The notes below the pieces were generated by a model. It had not been told where the DNA came from, made no database searches, and saw only the letters and a list, made by a program, of their open reading frames with translations. Below are positions 13,595-29,955 of a stretch of DNA of 64,000 nucleotides, one piece after another. How positions within the stretch are numbered: the stretch's first letter is position 1; every line of letters begins with the position of its first letter. Source of the stretch: Tubiluchus corallicola (taxonomy: Eukaryota > Animalia > Priapulida); the NCBI GenBank assembly GCA_030141605.1, contig JAQGDQ010000481.1, positions 1 to 64,000 of the forward strand, read 5' to 3'. The position numbers and the translations under genes are program-made.

Positions 13595-15350
13595 TGAATT
13601 TATTTTCCCACATCAAAAATACAATATCAAACACATTAATAAACTTTAAATAAAATAATTTGAGTAGTTCGAGGTGAGTGTACGGTCATTAACACACTCA
13701 CGTTACTTAAATGAAAAAACGATTATAGTTATGCATGCTTCTGTAGATAACTTAATGTAAATAAGGATGAAGTAAATGATGTAATAATTTGAGTAGTGCG
13801 AGGTGAGTGTACGACCATAGGGTCATTAACACACTCACCTTACTTAAATGAAAAAAACGATTATAGTTATGCATACTTCTGTAGATACCTTAATGTAAAT
13901 AAGGATGAAGTAAATGATGTAATAATTTGAGTAGTGCGAGGTGAGTGTACGACCATACGGTCATTAACACACTCACCTTACTTAAATGAAAAAATGATTA
14001 TAGTTATGCATTCTTCTGTAGATAACTTAATGTAAATAAGGATGAAGTAAATGATGTAATAATTTGAGTAGTGCGAGGTGAGTGTACGACCATAGGGTCA
14101 TTAACACACTCACCTTACTTAAATGAAAAAAATGATTGTAGTTATGCATACTTCTGTAGATACCTTAATGTAAATAAGGATGAAGTAAATGATGTAATAA
14201 TTTGAGTAGTGCGAGGTGAGTGTACGACCATACGGTCATTAACACACTCACCTTACTTAAATGAAAAAATGATTATAGTTATGCATTCTTCTGTAGATAA
14301 CTTAATGTAAATAAGGATGAAGTAAATGATGTAATAATTTGAGTAGTGCGAGGTGAGTGTACGACCATACGGTCATTAACACACTCACCTTACTTAAATG
14401 AAAAAATGATTATAGTTATGCATGCTTCTGTAGATAACTTAATGTAAATAAGGATGAAGTAAATGATGTAATAATTTGAGTAGTGCGAGGTGAGTGTACG
14501 ACCATACGGTCATTAACACACTCATCTTACTTAAATGAAAAAATGATTATAGTTATGCATGCTTCTGTAGATAACTTGATGTAAATAAGGATGAAGTAAA
14601 TGATGTAATAATTTGAGTAGTGCGAGGTGAGTGTACGACCATACGGTCATTAACACACTCACCTTACTTAAATGAAAAAATGATTATAGTTATGCATGCT
14701 TCTGTAGATAACTTAATGTAAATAAGGATGAAGTAAATGATGTAATAATTTGAGTAATGCGAGGTGAGTGTACGACCACACGGTCATTAACACAATCACC
14801 TTACTTAAATGAAAAATGATTATAGTTATGCATGCTTCTGTAGATAACTTAATGTAAATAAGGATGAAGTAAATGATGTAATGATTTGAGTAGTGCGAGG
14901 TGAGTGTACGACCATACGGTCATTAACACACTCACCTTACTTAAATGAAAAAATGATTATAGTTATGCATGCTTCTGTAGATAACTTAATGTAAATAAGG
15001 ATGAAGTAAATGATGTAATAATTTGAGTAGTGCGAGGTGAGTGTACGACCATACGTTCATTAACACACTCACCTTACTTAAATGAAAAAATGATTATAGT
15101 TATGCATGCTTCTGTAGATAACTTAATGTAAATAAGGATGAAGTAAATGATGTAATAATAGTAATGGTATAAGAGCAATAAACTTGAAAGTTCAGAAAGG
15201 AAAACATAATATGTAATTAAGATTTTGAGTGAGCCTTAAAGAGTGAATTTTTTTTACATAGTTACGAATATGAATTATGTGATTATCTGTCAATGCACCA
15301 CTTGCGCCATATTGCAATGCACCATATTGCTTACTTGTATATACAATGAT
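13595..15350 (+). mobile_element. Element with an internal 137-bp satellite (~11 units), copy 1
   Basis: Period 137 (gagtagtgcg at 14341 and 14478). Unique flanks on both sides are shared with the inverted copy at 23680-25030. Confidence 0.8.
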
Positions 15351-15374
15351 ATATTTATATAATATATTATATAC

Positions 15375-16590
<1,216 letters not shown>

Positions 16591-17565
16591 AAATGTTTTT
16601 CACAACTATCATTTTAAACCTGGCCTGCCTAGCTATTAGCACCGTTCAAAGTTTCTACAAACAAACACACGGGTCTTTCACTACACGACACTCTGTCAGT
16701 GTTTATTCAGTAGCGCCAGTAGATTGATATCGTATTAATACATGAACTTACGAAGTGTACAGGATACGTAAGCTAACATGTCGGAAACTAACAGCATGGG
16801 CTAAGAGACATCGTATCCGATTTCCTGTAGTCTTGTAATTATAGTCGATTTGATTTGGAAAGTGAAAGAATTTAGAGTTAGTGAAAAAGCCTGGCGCTGA
16901 GAAAGACATGCAGAGATGATTTGTTTTTGAAAGAGTTGTAATGCTTCTTTAGAGAGGCTACCGTTGGTGTCAAACTAGGAAGATTACGTAGTACTAACCA
17001 ATTTTTCGTGTCATCGTTTTGATGATCGCATACCACATCAATGGTGTGCATATTGAGTACATAGTGTTGAAATATCGGGATTCAGAAGACACGCTTTGTT
17101 GAAAAAGCAGAATTCGAACTTAAAAGTTCAAGGTGTTTCTGTTCTACATGCAGTTTTGAAACTGTACATCGTTTGCTGAGTTTAGAATATCCTGAAATAA
17201 CCATGCGAGTTAACAAGTAAAAGTGAAACACGTGCCATGCCAGGATTCGCTGTGCTATTTAACCTTAAACTATCTAATATGAGACAGAAATGCGCCCAAT
17301 TTCTCCTAATTCTCCTAAATTCATAAACTTCTTAATCGGATTTTAGTAAATATTAATTTTGAGCAAAAACGAATCAGCCTTCACCTATGAAATGAGATTT
17401 GCACAGCAAAACTTAATAACCTAGGATTACTAAGTATTTCCACGTCGCGAAAACGGAATATTTAGTTTAGTGAATTGCTATTTTAGACCAGCTATTCTCC
17501 AAAGAGCTAAAATATTAGCAATTTATCGTGGACCAACCTTTTGTGTATTTGAAAAGGGTTGCACT

Positions 17566-17828
17566 ATGACGAAGACCAATGCCAACTCTTTCATTATCAA
17601 TGGTATTTGTAGTGTCTGGCGAACTATTACGAACAGCAAGTCAAGATACGTGAGTTTTCAACATACAGTGACTGTCTGTCTACTAATCTTACCTGCTGTG
17701 TTTAGTTTCAATGTTGATACTGAAAGCTTAAGTGTATTTCGTCCTCCTCAGTTGACTACGGGGGGTGGAAATGTTAGCAACTTCTTCGGATTTTCCATTG
17801 AGATGGTGTTTAACTCAGAAGGCGCATG
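17566..17828 (+). CDS. Integrin alpha subunit, exon 1 (gene spans 17566 to >63276)
   Basis: Hydrophobic signal VTVCLLILPAVFS, then mature N-terminus FNVD...FFGFSI...W. Donor TG|gtaagg. The start codon is uncertain. Confidence 0.8.
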
Positions 17829-18447
17829 GTAAGGAAACTACGATATTAAATATTTAGTAATCTACAGTAGTTTTTTTCGGAAGTGGTGCTGACAAGCCAC
17901 TGGCGTAGCAGTGTCTAGTTTTTCTGCTGGATTACTGCTGCGTTTACCTGTCTGAAGGCAGATTTCTTTTATTTTAGAATTCTGCCTGCCCAATGTCTAC
18001 AATAGACATGACGGGCGTATGATGATGATGATGAGTCTGCAGTAGTGAACAAACACGTTTGAAACAATGTTATAATCGATATTGCTAATAGCACAGCATG
18101 TTCCCATTCAATCCCTTACAATTTTAAAGTACAAGAAAAGGGGCACCTGAAGTAGGTTTCAGATTTGGTCCTTGATTATAAACCTGGAAAAAACGTTGAT
18201 TATTATAAGACAAACATTTGGAGGCACAGCAACACTAGCATCAACATCAGTGACAACTAAAACGTCGACAACGACAATAAAAACACAAACAGCAAAAGGA
18301 ATAAAAATATAAACACCATAACAATGTGGGACCGTAGCACTTTTGACAGTAAATGCTTATTGGCAACGATTTTACGGTTGGCCACAAGAACTTTCCATTT
18401 CCAGTGGGACAAACTCCTAGTATAGTTTTAGAAGAAGCAATAAAAAC

Positions 18448-19123
18448 TTAAAAGGACAAGAAAAGGGGTACCTGAAGTAGGTTTCAGAAAAATCGCCTTA
18501 AAAATTATCTTACTTTACAGCAATTTTATGCGTATATCGTACTCGCGTTGAAAGGAATTTTTGTTTGTTTTCATTTTAAATCTCCCACAATACTGTTTCG
18601 AAGTCGCCATTACATGACGTCATGTACCAAACGTAAATCAAGGGAAGAAAATGCAATGTTAAATTATGTCTCAAAAGACTTTTCGTGCAAATCTATATTT
18701 CTTAGATTTTCGCTTACCTGCTAGAAAGACTTATGTAACTAGAAAAGAAAATTATTAATTATTTAAAATGTTTTCACCAATTGGTAAAATGTCTCTGACT
18801 CACCCTCCAGGGTGCACCACTCACTAACCAAAAAACGTATTTTTAATCTTATTGACAAGATACAGCAATTTTAAATTTTATACGATACGAATGCTCTGAT
18901 TATTTTTTCAAACTTTACACAATGTTATCTAAACTTGTTTCAAATGACCTATCGTCAAAATGGCTGCATCCAACGGTCATCGCGGGAGTTTAAATTTACA
19001 TGTTTTATACAGCGTGACTGCCGATTGAAGTCCTGTATGTAAAAAGGCAGTATGCAAGCGATATAAAATTTCAAAACGAATTTTTCAAACTTTATGTTTA
19101 TGAAGGGTTTTCTTGTGCTTTAA
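18448..19123 (+). mobile_element. TTAA-flanked non-autonomous DNA transposon (Kolobok-like), ~670 bp
   Basis: TTAA-aaggacaagaaaa ... ttttcttgtgct-TTAA with imperfect TIRs. Near-identical copies at 55899-56592 and 63330-64000; a 5' stub at ~18123-18162. Confidence 0.75.
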
Positions 19124-19614
19124 AGTTATCGATCATTTCAAACTTTTTCAATGTTCACAAACTCATCCTAGTAATTAGTTCATTCTACGCCCAAATATAT
19201 AAACTGAACCGAATTATCTGCTCTGTCGTCTGCCAAGTGCTTGATATAGTGCTATAGGCTTCAGTGCATCACTGCCAGAAGGTAGGTCTATGCCTGTGCT
19301 GCTGACATTGGCATTTGGCAAGATATCAACGTTAGTCGGGTAACATAATTCCGTTCCAGGTAAAGACAAACACACAGACGCAGTAAAATCTTCTACATCA
19401 GATATACTACTGCCATGAGATCTTTTTACAAGCCGGATACGTAGGAAACATAGGTACAACAGTTTGTAAACACGTTGCGCAAACAATATAAGACTATTAT
19501 GCAAAGGAACAAGAAAGACTAACTGCAATCAAAGATATGTTACGCTTGACCAATTTTTCAAATACCTTGGCAGGTCACGTTCAATGCATCTACCCCTGTC
19601 TTAGATCACGGTTT

Positions 19615-20328
19615 GGTGTCATTGTGACATGTTTGTGACATCACTGGCGTCTTTGTGACATGTTTGCGACATCAGTAGTGTCTTTGTGACATGTTTGCGA
19701 CATCGTTGGTGTCTTTGTGACATGTTTGTGACATCATTGGTGTGACATGTTTGTGACATCGTTGGCGTCTTTGTGACATGTTTGTGACATCGTTGGTGTC
19801 TTTGTGACATGTTTGCAACATCGTTGGTGTCTTTGTGACATATTTGCAACATCGTTGGTGTCTTTGTGACATGTTTGCAACATCGTTGGTGTCTTTGTGA
19901 CATGTTTGCGACATCGTTGGTGTCTTTGTGACATATTTGCGACATCGTTGGTGTCTTTGTGACATGTTTGCGACATCGTTGGTGTCTTTGTGACATGTTT
20001 GCGACATCGTTGGTGTCTTTGTGACATGTTTGCGACATCGTTGGTGTCTTTGTGACATGTTTGCGACATCGTTGGTGTCTTTGTGACATATTTGCGACAT
20101 CGTTGGTGTCTTTGTGACATGTTTGCGACATCGTTGGTGTCTTTGTGACATGTTTGCGACATCGCTGGTGTCTTTGTGACATGTTTGCAACATCGTTGGT
20201 GTCTTTGTGACATGTTTGCGACATCGCTGGTGTCTTTGTGACATGTTTGCGACATCGCTGGTGTCTTTGTGACATGTTTGCAACATCGTTGGTGTCTTTG
20301 TGACATATTTGCAACATCGTTGGTGTCT
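19615..20328. repeat. 31-bp minisatellite, ~23 copies
   Basis: Unit gtgacatgtttgcgacatcgttggtgtcttt. Confidence 0.95.
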
Positions 20329-20929
20329 ATGGAATTAGTGTGTATGCAAAAAACGTAGTACGGTTACGATTGCCGTTAGATATTTCACTCATGTCTGTTC
20401 AAAACACCAAACACTTATTCCAGCGGAAGTTAACGTCAAGCATAACGTCAAGCATTCTCAGTGACTGTCGAATCAGCGTGCAAGATTTTTCACACTCCTG
20501 CAGAGCTCACTTAACGCCGGTACTTTCGGGACATTTAATTGCATCTGCGTATTGCCGGGCATCTAATACTGCTATGAAAAATGCTCAACTTTTCATTAGT
20601 TAGCAGGTGAAATATTGGCTTGGTTCTAAACTTTATTATTGTCAATTGAAATTGCAAGTGTAATTAATGGATTATATAGTCTAGTTTTGCTTATTATAGA
20701 AAGATTATATAGCAAACGTTGGTTAAACCGTTTTGCTATCAATAAAATAGTGTAGGACTTAGCAAATTAGATAAGAACAATTATTTGATTAACTTTAAAA
20801 AAGGAGAAATTAATCTATTTTTTGCTACTTGAAGTGTTAATTTCGTGTTAAAATAACTGCTGCTCTGCAAATTTGTGTTTATGAAAAACACAATTAGGTT
20901 ATCTGCTGATTAGACAATATTTATGATGT

Positions 20930-21405
20930 TGTTAGTTAGTTTAAACATAATTTATTTAGGATTGGATCAGACAGTTTGAACAACATGATTTAGGATCCTC
21001 ACCACAACAGACTTTATACACTATTTAGAAAAACATTTATAGTAAGAACAGACTACAACTACACAAGCAGACAAGTTTTACTACGAGATTACATTAGACA
21101 TTAGTAACATTTACAGTAAGAATAGACTATAACTACACAAGCTGACAAGTTTTACTACAAGATTACATCAGACATTAGTAACATCTACAGTAAGAATAGA
21201 CTATAACTACACAAGCTGACAAGTTTTACTACAAGATTACATTAGACATTAGTAGAAAATGACGGTTAGAAAAGATTAATGTGCGAATATTTAAGACTGA
21301 TGCATTTTGTATCAGGTAGAAACTACTGGAAGCGTTTAGTACGTAATATAAAGTCACGTGTGCATTGGAATATTTTACAGTTAGCAACATAGTTAAATTC
21401 ATCTT
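20930..21405 (-). mobile_element. 5'-truncated LINE 3' end (same family as 33080-33705 and 62490-62845)
   Basis: Reverse complement of the 33.1-33.7 kb copy, including the ~71-bp tandem unit in the 3' UTR. Confidence 0.75.
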
Positions 21406-21858
21406 GTGATGTTGTTTACTAAAGACAGTTGTTATGCAGCGTGAGCTGATGTCCCAAATGCTAGTCTTCTGAAGCAGCTGTCCCGAATGCTGCTGGACGT
21501 GCTTACGTCACAGCGGAGGCGGAGCAATAGACCAATATGCTTGATCTAGTTCATTTTCTCTTTTGACAAAAGCTCTAGGAAAAGACGGTCATTTAATTTT
21601 CTGGTTTTATTCGGAGAAAAAAATTGAATTAAATATGACCAGCTTACAAAATAAATGTCATAGTATCACGTTTAGTATAATCATCTAATAGTTTACTGAT
21701 TTGGTGTTTAACTGTTTGGCTGAAAAAATGTATAACTTGCTAGTTCTAAAAGCAGAAACATCAAATCTTGTGCTGATAATTCTGCGTAGATGCATTTTCT
21801 TTGTTCTGTTACATTAGTGTTTAAAAAGCACTGATGTACGTATAAGCATAGTTGTTAA

Positions 21859-21895
<37 letters not shown>

Positions 21896-21898
<3 letters not shown>

Positions 21899-22436
21899 CA
21901 CATCCTTCTGTCTCGGAAGACAATGGAATGTGCGCCAAGAGAGTCAGTTATTGATCACATTGATGGAGCTGCAGCGTTGACTGTGGCTGAGCAGTCCGAT
22001 CCTTGAACGTCTCCAGGGCGCACGCCTGGGTAAGGTGTATGGAGATCCTGAGTTGCCCAGACAACAGGAACCCCCTCTCTTCCTCGCTGGTGTAGTCCAA
22101 AGGAAAGCGGAGCGATACGTTTGGCACCAGGTTGGCTGCAGGAGCTGCCGGAGTCAGTCAGCATGCTGCACTGGTCCACCTTCGGGGCTCCACTCCTGAT
22201 TTGGAAGGTTTACTCCTCTACACATGGCCATTGGATCACTTAACCTCCTCCGCCCTCTAGCCGTTGGCTGTTTGTGCAGCTCCTCCGCCTAGTGTCGAGA
22301 TACAGTGTGGGCATCCCGCAAGCCTACAGCACCTGGTATTTCTAGACGGTCACCCATCCAAGCACTAACCAGGCTCTACGTTGCTTAACTTCGGTGATCA
22401 GAGGAGAACCGGTGTTTCCAACGTGATTTGACCGTA

Positions 22437-22439
<3 letters not shown>
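21896..22439 (-). mobile_element. 5S rRNA-headed SINE (SINE3-type), copy 1, inserted in a (TA)n tract
   Basis: The minus strand at 22439-22321 reads gtctacggtcaaatcacgttggaaacaccggttctc...gaagttaagcaacg...ttggatgggtgaccg...gtgctgtaggctt, a full-length 5S-like head. There is no oligo-T terminator, and the ~425-bp body is shared with copy 2. Confidence 0.85.
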
Positions 22440-22471
<32 letters not shown>

Positions 22472-22559
22472 CTATATATATATATATATTTATTTATTTA
22501 TTAACAATTAACAACTATATATATACATATGGAATATATAATTTAAAACTTTGCTATAG

Positions 22560-22684
22560 GGTTCTTGTTGGTGCTCCAAAGTCTAACTCCTCTGTATATC
22601 CAATCAGCATCACCCAGCCAGGAGCGCTGTACAAATGCTCTATAGACGAAAATATGTGTCAGGAAGTGGAAATAGATAAAGATG
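22560..22684 (+). CDS. Integrin alpha exon 2
   Basis: tatag|G VLVGAPK...PGALYKC...C; G|gtaagt. Confidence 0.9.
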
Positions 22685-22864
22685 GTAAGTCAGTAAGGAA
22701 ACCACCACGGTTGACGCCCAGAAAGTTTTTCAACTGCTAGAACGCCGGAGAAGCATTTTCGAAGAGAAAATATGGAGTTATACAGTTGTTAAAGGAAAGA
22801 ACAATTGAAAGAACTGCTTTATTCTCAAGACCAGTCCTTAATACTTGTCAATACTGGCAAACGG

Positions 22865-23211
<347 letters not shown>

Positions 23212-23679
23212 GCAGTATGTTCGCATAAAGCAAAACAAAGTTACCTTGGCGCGAGGCCCCCTGGAGGTTGAGGCCCGGGGAAGTATCTCCACTTACAACC
23301 CCCCCCTCTGAAATAGGCCCTGGTCGCTGTGGGCAAGTAGAAGGAAAGGCAAATTAAAGGAAGTGGAATAAAATAATAAAGACTCTGAGAAAGGAATGAC
23401 ATAGAAAAGGTTAGCAGAAAAAGCAAGATAAAGGAAAGTTGTACGCAGGACATGAGTTAGAATGAAAGCAGCTTCCCTGTACAGGAAGCTTCCAAAAAAT
23501 TATGCACTTTTATTACCATGGTTCTAAGAAAAACTAAATACCTTTCACTGATAGGATATATTGTATTAATTTTTGGGTAAGATATTAATGAATAAGTCTA
23601 CATCTATAAGTATAATGTATAATTTAATCTCTTCTCCCCAACTTAAATTTGGGTACATATATGTGTGTATGTATATCAA

Positions 23680-25030
23680 TGTATACACAAGTAAGTAATA
23701 TGGTGCATTGTAATACAAGTAAGTGATACATTGACAGATAATCACATAATTCATATTCATAACTATATAAAAAAAAATTCACTCTTTAAGGCTCACTCAA
23801 AATCTTAATTACATATTATGTTTTCCTTTCTGAACTTTCAAGTTTATTGCTCTTATACCATTACTATTATTACATCATTTACTTCATCCTTATTTACATT
23901 AAGTTATCTACAGAAGCATGCATAACTATAATCATTTTTTCATTTAAGTAAGGTGAGTGTGTTAATGACCGTATGGTCGTACACTCACCTCGCACTACTC
24001 AAATTATTACATCATTTACTTCATCCTTATTTACATTAAGTTATCTACAGAAGCATGCATAACTATAATCATTTTTTCATTTAAGTAAGGTGAGTGTGTT
24101 AATGACCGTATGGTCGTACACTCACCTCGCACTACTCAAATTATTACATCATTTACTTCATCCTTATTTACATTAAGTTATCTACAGAAGCATGCATAAC
24201 TATAATCATTTTTTCATTTAAGCAAGGTGAGTGTGTTAATGAACGTATGGTCGTACACTCACCTCGCACTACTCAAATTATTACATCATTTACTTCATCC
24301 TTATTTACATTAAGGTATCTACAGAAGCACGCATAACTATAATCATTTTTTCATTTAAGCAAGGTGAGTGTGTTAATGACCGTATGGTCGTACACTCACC
24401 TCGCACTACTCAAATTATTACATCATTTACTTCATCCTTATTTACATTAAGTTATCTACAGAAGCATGCATAACTATAATCATTTTTCTTTTTAAGTAAG
24501 GTGAGTGTGTTAATGACCGTATGGTCGTACACTCACCTCGCACTACTCAAATTATTACATCATTTACTTCATCCTTATTTACATTAAGTTATCTACAGAA
24601 GCATGCATAACCATAATCATTTTTTCATTTAAGTAAGGTGAGTGTGTTAATGACCGTATGGTCGTACACTCACCTCGCACTACTCAAATTATTACATCGT
24701 TTACTTCATCCTTATTTACATTAAGTTATCTACAGAAGCATGCATAACTATAATCATTTTTTCTTTTTAAGATAGGTGAGTGTGTTAATGACCGTATGGT
24801 CGTACACTCACCTCGCACTACTCAAATTATTACATCGTTTATTTCATCCTTATTTACATTAAGTTATCTACAGAAGCATGCATAACCATAATCATTTTTC
24901 ATTTAAGTAAGGTGAGTGTGTTAATGACCGTATGGTCGTACACTCACCTCGCACTACTCAAATTATTTTATTTAAAGTTTGTTAATGTGTTTGATATTGT
25001 ATTTTGATGTGTGAAAATAAATTCATAGTT
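23680..25030 (-). mobile_element. Element with an internal 137-bp satellite (~8 units), inverted copy 2
   Basis: Reverse complement of 13595-15350, including the unique flanks. Confidence 0.8.
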
Positions 25031-25102
25031 CAATAACTTTACTTACGCAATATCGTGAAATGTTACCGATTGTTTTTGCGATGATGAACTTATCTTGCAC
25101 AG

Positions 25103-25266
25103 GTAATACATGCTGTCCACTCCCTGGACAAATTCCATGCAATGTGCCATCAGGTGACGTCTGCACGATATCTGTCCATGAGACATCTTATTGGAACAAG
25201 AAGGACTACCAGTGGTTAGGAGCAAGTATTGCTGTTAGGCAGGATGATATGCTGGGAAAAATTACG
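25103..25266 (+). CDS. Integrin alpha exon 3
   Basis: cacag|...KKDYQWLGASIAV...KIT|gtatga. Confidence 0.9.
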
Positions 25267-25536
25267 GTATGAAATAGCGTGCTTCGTGATGTATAGTGTT
25301 ATTAATGATTAACTATATTAATTAATGAACTATAAAAATAAAGTTCACCTGTATTCTACTTGATCTAGTGTCTTAGCAATTACCTCCAGAACTTCTTCAT
25401 AGCTAGAGTTGTGCAGTAGTAAATAAAGATTATGTTCAAAATGGTTTCTGAAAGTTTTCACTACAATAACCACAATCAAGAACAAGAAAGGAATTATCTG
25501 GACTCCCATAAACTTCAAAATTATTAAACTGTTCAG

Positions 25537-25681
25537 GTTTGTGCACCAAGATGGGTGGATCAGATTCGTACGCAAGGGGGCACCAGCAGGGCTAATCTTG
25601 ATTATTATATGACTGGACAATGCTGGGAATTAAATGGAGAAATGGAGTACGCAAAACGTCGTCTTCTGTACCCTCTAACTG
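25537..25681 (+). CDS. Integrin alpha exon 4
   Basis: ttcag|VCAPRW...MTGQCW...G|gtgcgt. Confidence 0.9.
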
Positions 25682-26724
25682 GTGCGTATTATTTTAATAG
25701 TACGCGCTACACATAGAGCAATAGAATTAGCTGCTGAAGATATATATCAACATGCACAAAAGACTTTTCACGCATGAGCTGTCGAACGTGTGTAGTTCGT
25801 CAATAACGAACACATCTGAACTGACAGGTACAGCACCTGTTTTTGTGCAACACCTTTCCGAAATGCAGGCGCTAGTGCCCTACTAACCAGAGAATAGAGA
25901 AATGCATGTAACAGCAACGAACTAGTGGCGCGAACGTGAAATTGAGTCTGCGTGGTAATAATTCTTTCACCACGTAATAATTTAAGTCGTTTTTGCAAAA
26001 AAATAATGTTTTTTTTTCAATATTTTAAAGAGTAGATTGTTTTGACCTACAGGTTTTGGGCGCGGTTTTGCTTTAATTGTTAATCCACCGCTGTTTGGTA
26101 CTAAGAATTCTGTGGAAGTTGTAATTGTACATTTTTAGGTGCTGCCATCTATGAACTAATCCTTTTATATTTTACTAGCTAAACTCACCCCCTGTATAAT
26201 TGTACGGTCCAGTGAATGCATATTCACTGGATCTCCCCCTATTTTACAGTAATGGTTTTTGTGAAGCCAAGTTTGCATAATCACCTCTACCTATATATAC
26301 TGACTGGATTTACTTTCTAGTCACTGTCTCACTCTCAGTGCAGTGAGACATTTACTTCATCAGTGCAGTGCAGGAACTCACTGTCTAACTCTCAGTGATC
26401 AGTGCAGGACACTCTTGTCCTCAGTGTTCAGTGTAGCAGTCATTCTACATATGTGTATGTAGTCTAATAAACGTTCTCAGTTTTGTGCAGATATGTAGTA
26501 TAGTGTTTTATTCTTATTCTACAAAGTGAGTTATCTACAACTTCAAACACGACTTTCATAAATTCTTTGTATATTATTGTATTAGACTGCAATACTGTAT
26601 GAAAATTATTTAATCTCGAGTGCTGCAGCTGTCCGATGAGCCAGCATTTATTTTAACATTTATTATTCATGATAGATTTTAGTTTTTTATGCTCAGAGTT
26701 TTTAGCTTAATCTCTTGTATTCAG

Positions 26725-26807
26725 GCTCAAGTAACATGATACTCCCAGTAGCTGGAAAATTCAAGTTTGGCCTGGGAATGACCGGATGGGATGTCCACTA
26801 TGCGGAG
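26725..26807 (+). CDS. Integrin alpha exon 5
   Basis: ttcag|...FGLGMTGWDVHYAE|gtaata. Phases 1 and 0 fit the neighbouring exons. Confidence 0.8.
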
Positions 26808-28750
26808 GTAATACACTATGTTGGTGTCAAGCAATTTAATCTAGCATTCTATAATTATTTGTTTTCTTTTCACATTTTTACAAATATGCATTTCCTGAAA
26901 GTGTTTAAAATGAAGCCAGCCTTAGTCATGTGACCTAAGCTTTAGTAGTACACGCCACCTATCAATCACAGTTGTTTTTACACGTAGTTAGATTTTCTGT
27001 TGCCGCTATACTGATCATGCCGTTTAGTGATACTTGCAGTGCTTTGTCTACTTTGTTACAATTTAAAAGTCACTAGTTGTATTTTCAAGCCAAGGTTGTC
27101 ACCAGTAAATGTAAGTCACCATCTGCTTTAATAATTAGTTAATAGTTTAAATTGGTTAGAATTGCTTCAAATCTCTTGAATCATAAAGTAAAAATTTTCA
27201 TTTTGTCTAAATAGTAATAACCTTTAGCACATTCTTAAGCACTTTTTATGATCTGTTATTTTAATAAATTGCAGGTCTATCGCGCAGTTCAATACTGATT
27301 TTTGCCGTTTCTTTGCCTGGACTGCGCGCACCCACACACTACCTGCTTCAAGTTTTCAGTTAAATATCTCAAAATAAATTAGCAATTTGTAGTCGATCGG
27401 ATAAGTTTGTTTTTCCCTTTTCTTAATCTTGTTAATTAATTGTCGCTTATTGTACCGAGTATGCGATTGTAGTATTATGTGACCCATTTAATTGTCAGTC
27501 TACAACACTAAGGTACTGAATTAGTCTATGCTGCCGTCTACAGTCGTTGTTTTACTCTAATTGTACAAAGTTTGTCAGAGATTGATTTTTGTAGAGATTG
27601 ATTTTTGTTTCTAAATATTGTTTCCTTTTACTTTTATAGATAGTCATTAATCAGAGTAATTAGATTGTTAATTTCATGCTTTAATTCTGCTTCTAACTCT
27701 CTTACTCAAGTTTAAATAGGGAAAATTTATAAAATTATAACACAGCTTTCTGTAAACCAATAATCTTTATTCTGCTATCAAAGAAGTCAAGTAGACTTTG
27801 ATTTTGGTTTGACTAGTGGTCTGTAGAGTATAGGTGACCTTTCCATTTATGGTCTGTATGCATGAATGTGATGTACCTTCCAATAGGAACTTGTATGTCT
27901 GGTCATGTGATTACAGCTCTATTCTCTCAGGCATGCAAGTTTCAGTTGATCAAAAGACAGCATTGAGAAAGGATGCAAATTTTCCACTTTTAAATATCAT
28001 ATTGCTAACTTTATGACTGTTTTGTGATTGAGGTGAACATTGTATACGTTTTATAATAAAATGATTGCAAATTTCTACATTAATAATCGGTAAAGTCATG
28101 AATTTCGCCTTCACAGTAGGAAAGTGTTTATTTTTTTCGTTTCGTCCTCGTTTAATATTATCTTTATTTCAATTGTAGATGATTGTTTTACTTCACAGAA
28201 ATTGGTAGCAACTCAACATTTAACGGCAATAGAAAGATTAATCTTCCAAAAAACACAAAATATAAAAATAAAGACGACAGCAATGATAAACTCGTGTTTT
28301 CACACGTTTTCTGCTTAACTGCACTACAACTGTATTTCTACGCATCAGAAAATAGTTCCTCGCGGCACTTGAAATAATCAAGTGAAATAAAAAAACGCCT
28401 AAATGTGTAAATTTGATGTTGTAAATAAGACCCCATTTGAAACTACTATATATAATAATCTTAATTACTGAATAATTGTATTGTTTTGTTTAGATTTAGG
28501 TATCCAACTTTATTATTTTTTGTTTTCAGTTCTTTTTAGATAATTTGTATCATTTATACTGTTTATATTATTATTTTTTCTTATTTGTTTTTGTTTTTGT
28601 TATCTGCAGCATCACCGTATATACTAATCTATATATAAGAAAGGGCAGGAGACTAGATGACCCTATGGTCCTTCCCTGCCCTGCTCCATGATTATAATTA
28701 CTTAATATTTAAAAAACTTTTGATGTTAAACTAATTGGAGAAAATAAATG

Positions 28751-29300
<550 letters not shown>

Positions 29301-29469
29301 CTATATGATGAACCCTATAACCATTCTCGCTTGTCCACAACTGCCTTCAAATTCATGAGCTTCTGCACGGTACTTCTCTTTCACCTTGTCAGGTTTTTAT
29401 CTGCACTGAAAAGTGCATTAACCTTTTTGGAAGTAAAAAACCGCACAAATGACTGCTCTTTTGTTTAAG

Positions 29470-29718
29470 GGTGACGACAATTTTCTGTTCATTGGAGCGC
29501 CAGGAGAGAACGAATTCTGTGGAACAGTTGTTACTTACGATGCTTCAAGAACTCTTCAACCAGATGACATCCCGACGATTACAAATTTTCAGAAAGGTTC
29601 TGGCTTCATTGACTCCTACATGGGCTATGCAGTAAAGTCGGGCGTTTTCTATTCAGATGGGGTTTCTTTGATTGTAGCAGGTGCCCCTCGTTATGACATG
29701 TCAACAAACACAGGCGCG
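29470..29718 (+). CDS. Integrin alpha exon 6
   Basis: FG-GAP repeats FIGAPG...DSYMGYAV...IVAGAPR; ttaag| and |gtatgt. Confidence 0.92.
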
Positions 29719-29913
29719 GTATGTTTTTCTACAAAATTAAATCTTGTTCATTATTAATTTCAAGATTATTAATGCCGGAACGAATCCCACAGTGACTTAA
29801 TATTGAAAAAAAATTGTCCGAAAGAAACAAAATGCAAAAATTGCGGATTCATTCTATCTATATTAATGAAGATGAAAAACTGTGTGTGTGTGTGTGTGCG
29901 TGCGTGCGTGCGT

Positions 29914-29955
<42 letters not shown>

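Noticed and set aside
19619-20317. Cys/His-rich repetitive ORFs resembling zinc-finger or multiheme proteins
   Set aside because: All three minus-strand frames are open because of a stop-free 31-bp minisatellite, and it is intronic.
22321-22439. Functional 5S rRNA genes (here and at 31362-31479)
   Set aside because: There is no oligo-T terminator, the copies differ by substitutions, and a shared downstream body and TSD indicate SINE heads.
26193-26523. Possible solo LTR (TGTATAAT...ATTCTACA, TATA, AATAAA)
   Set aside because: There is no target-site duplication and no second copy in the window, so support is insufficient.
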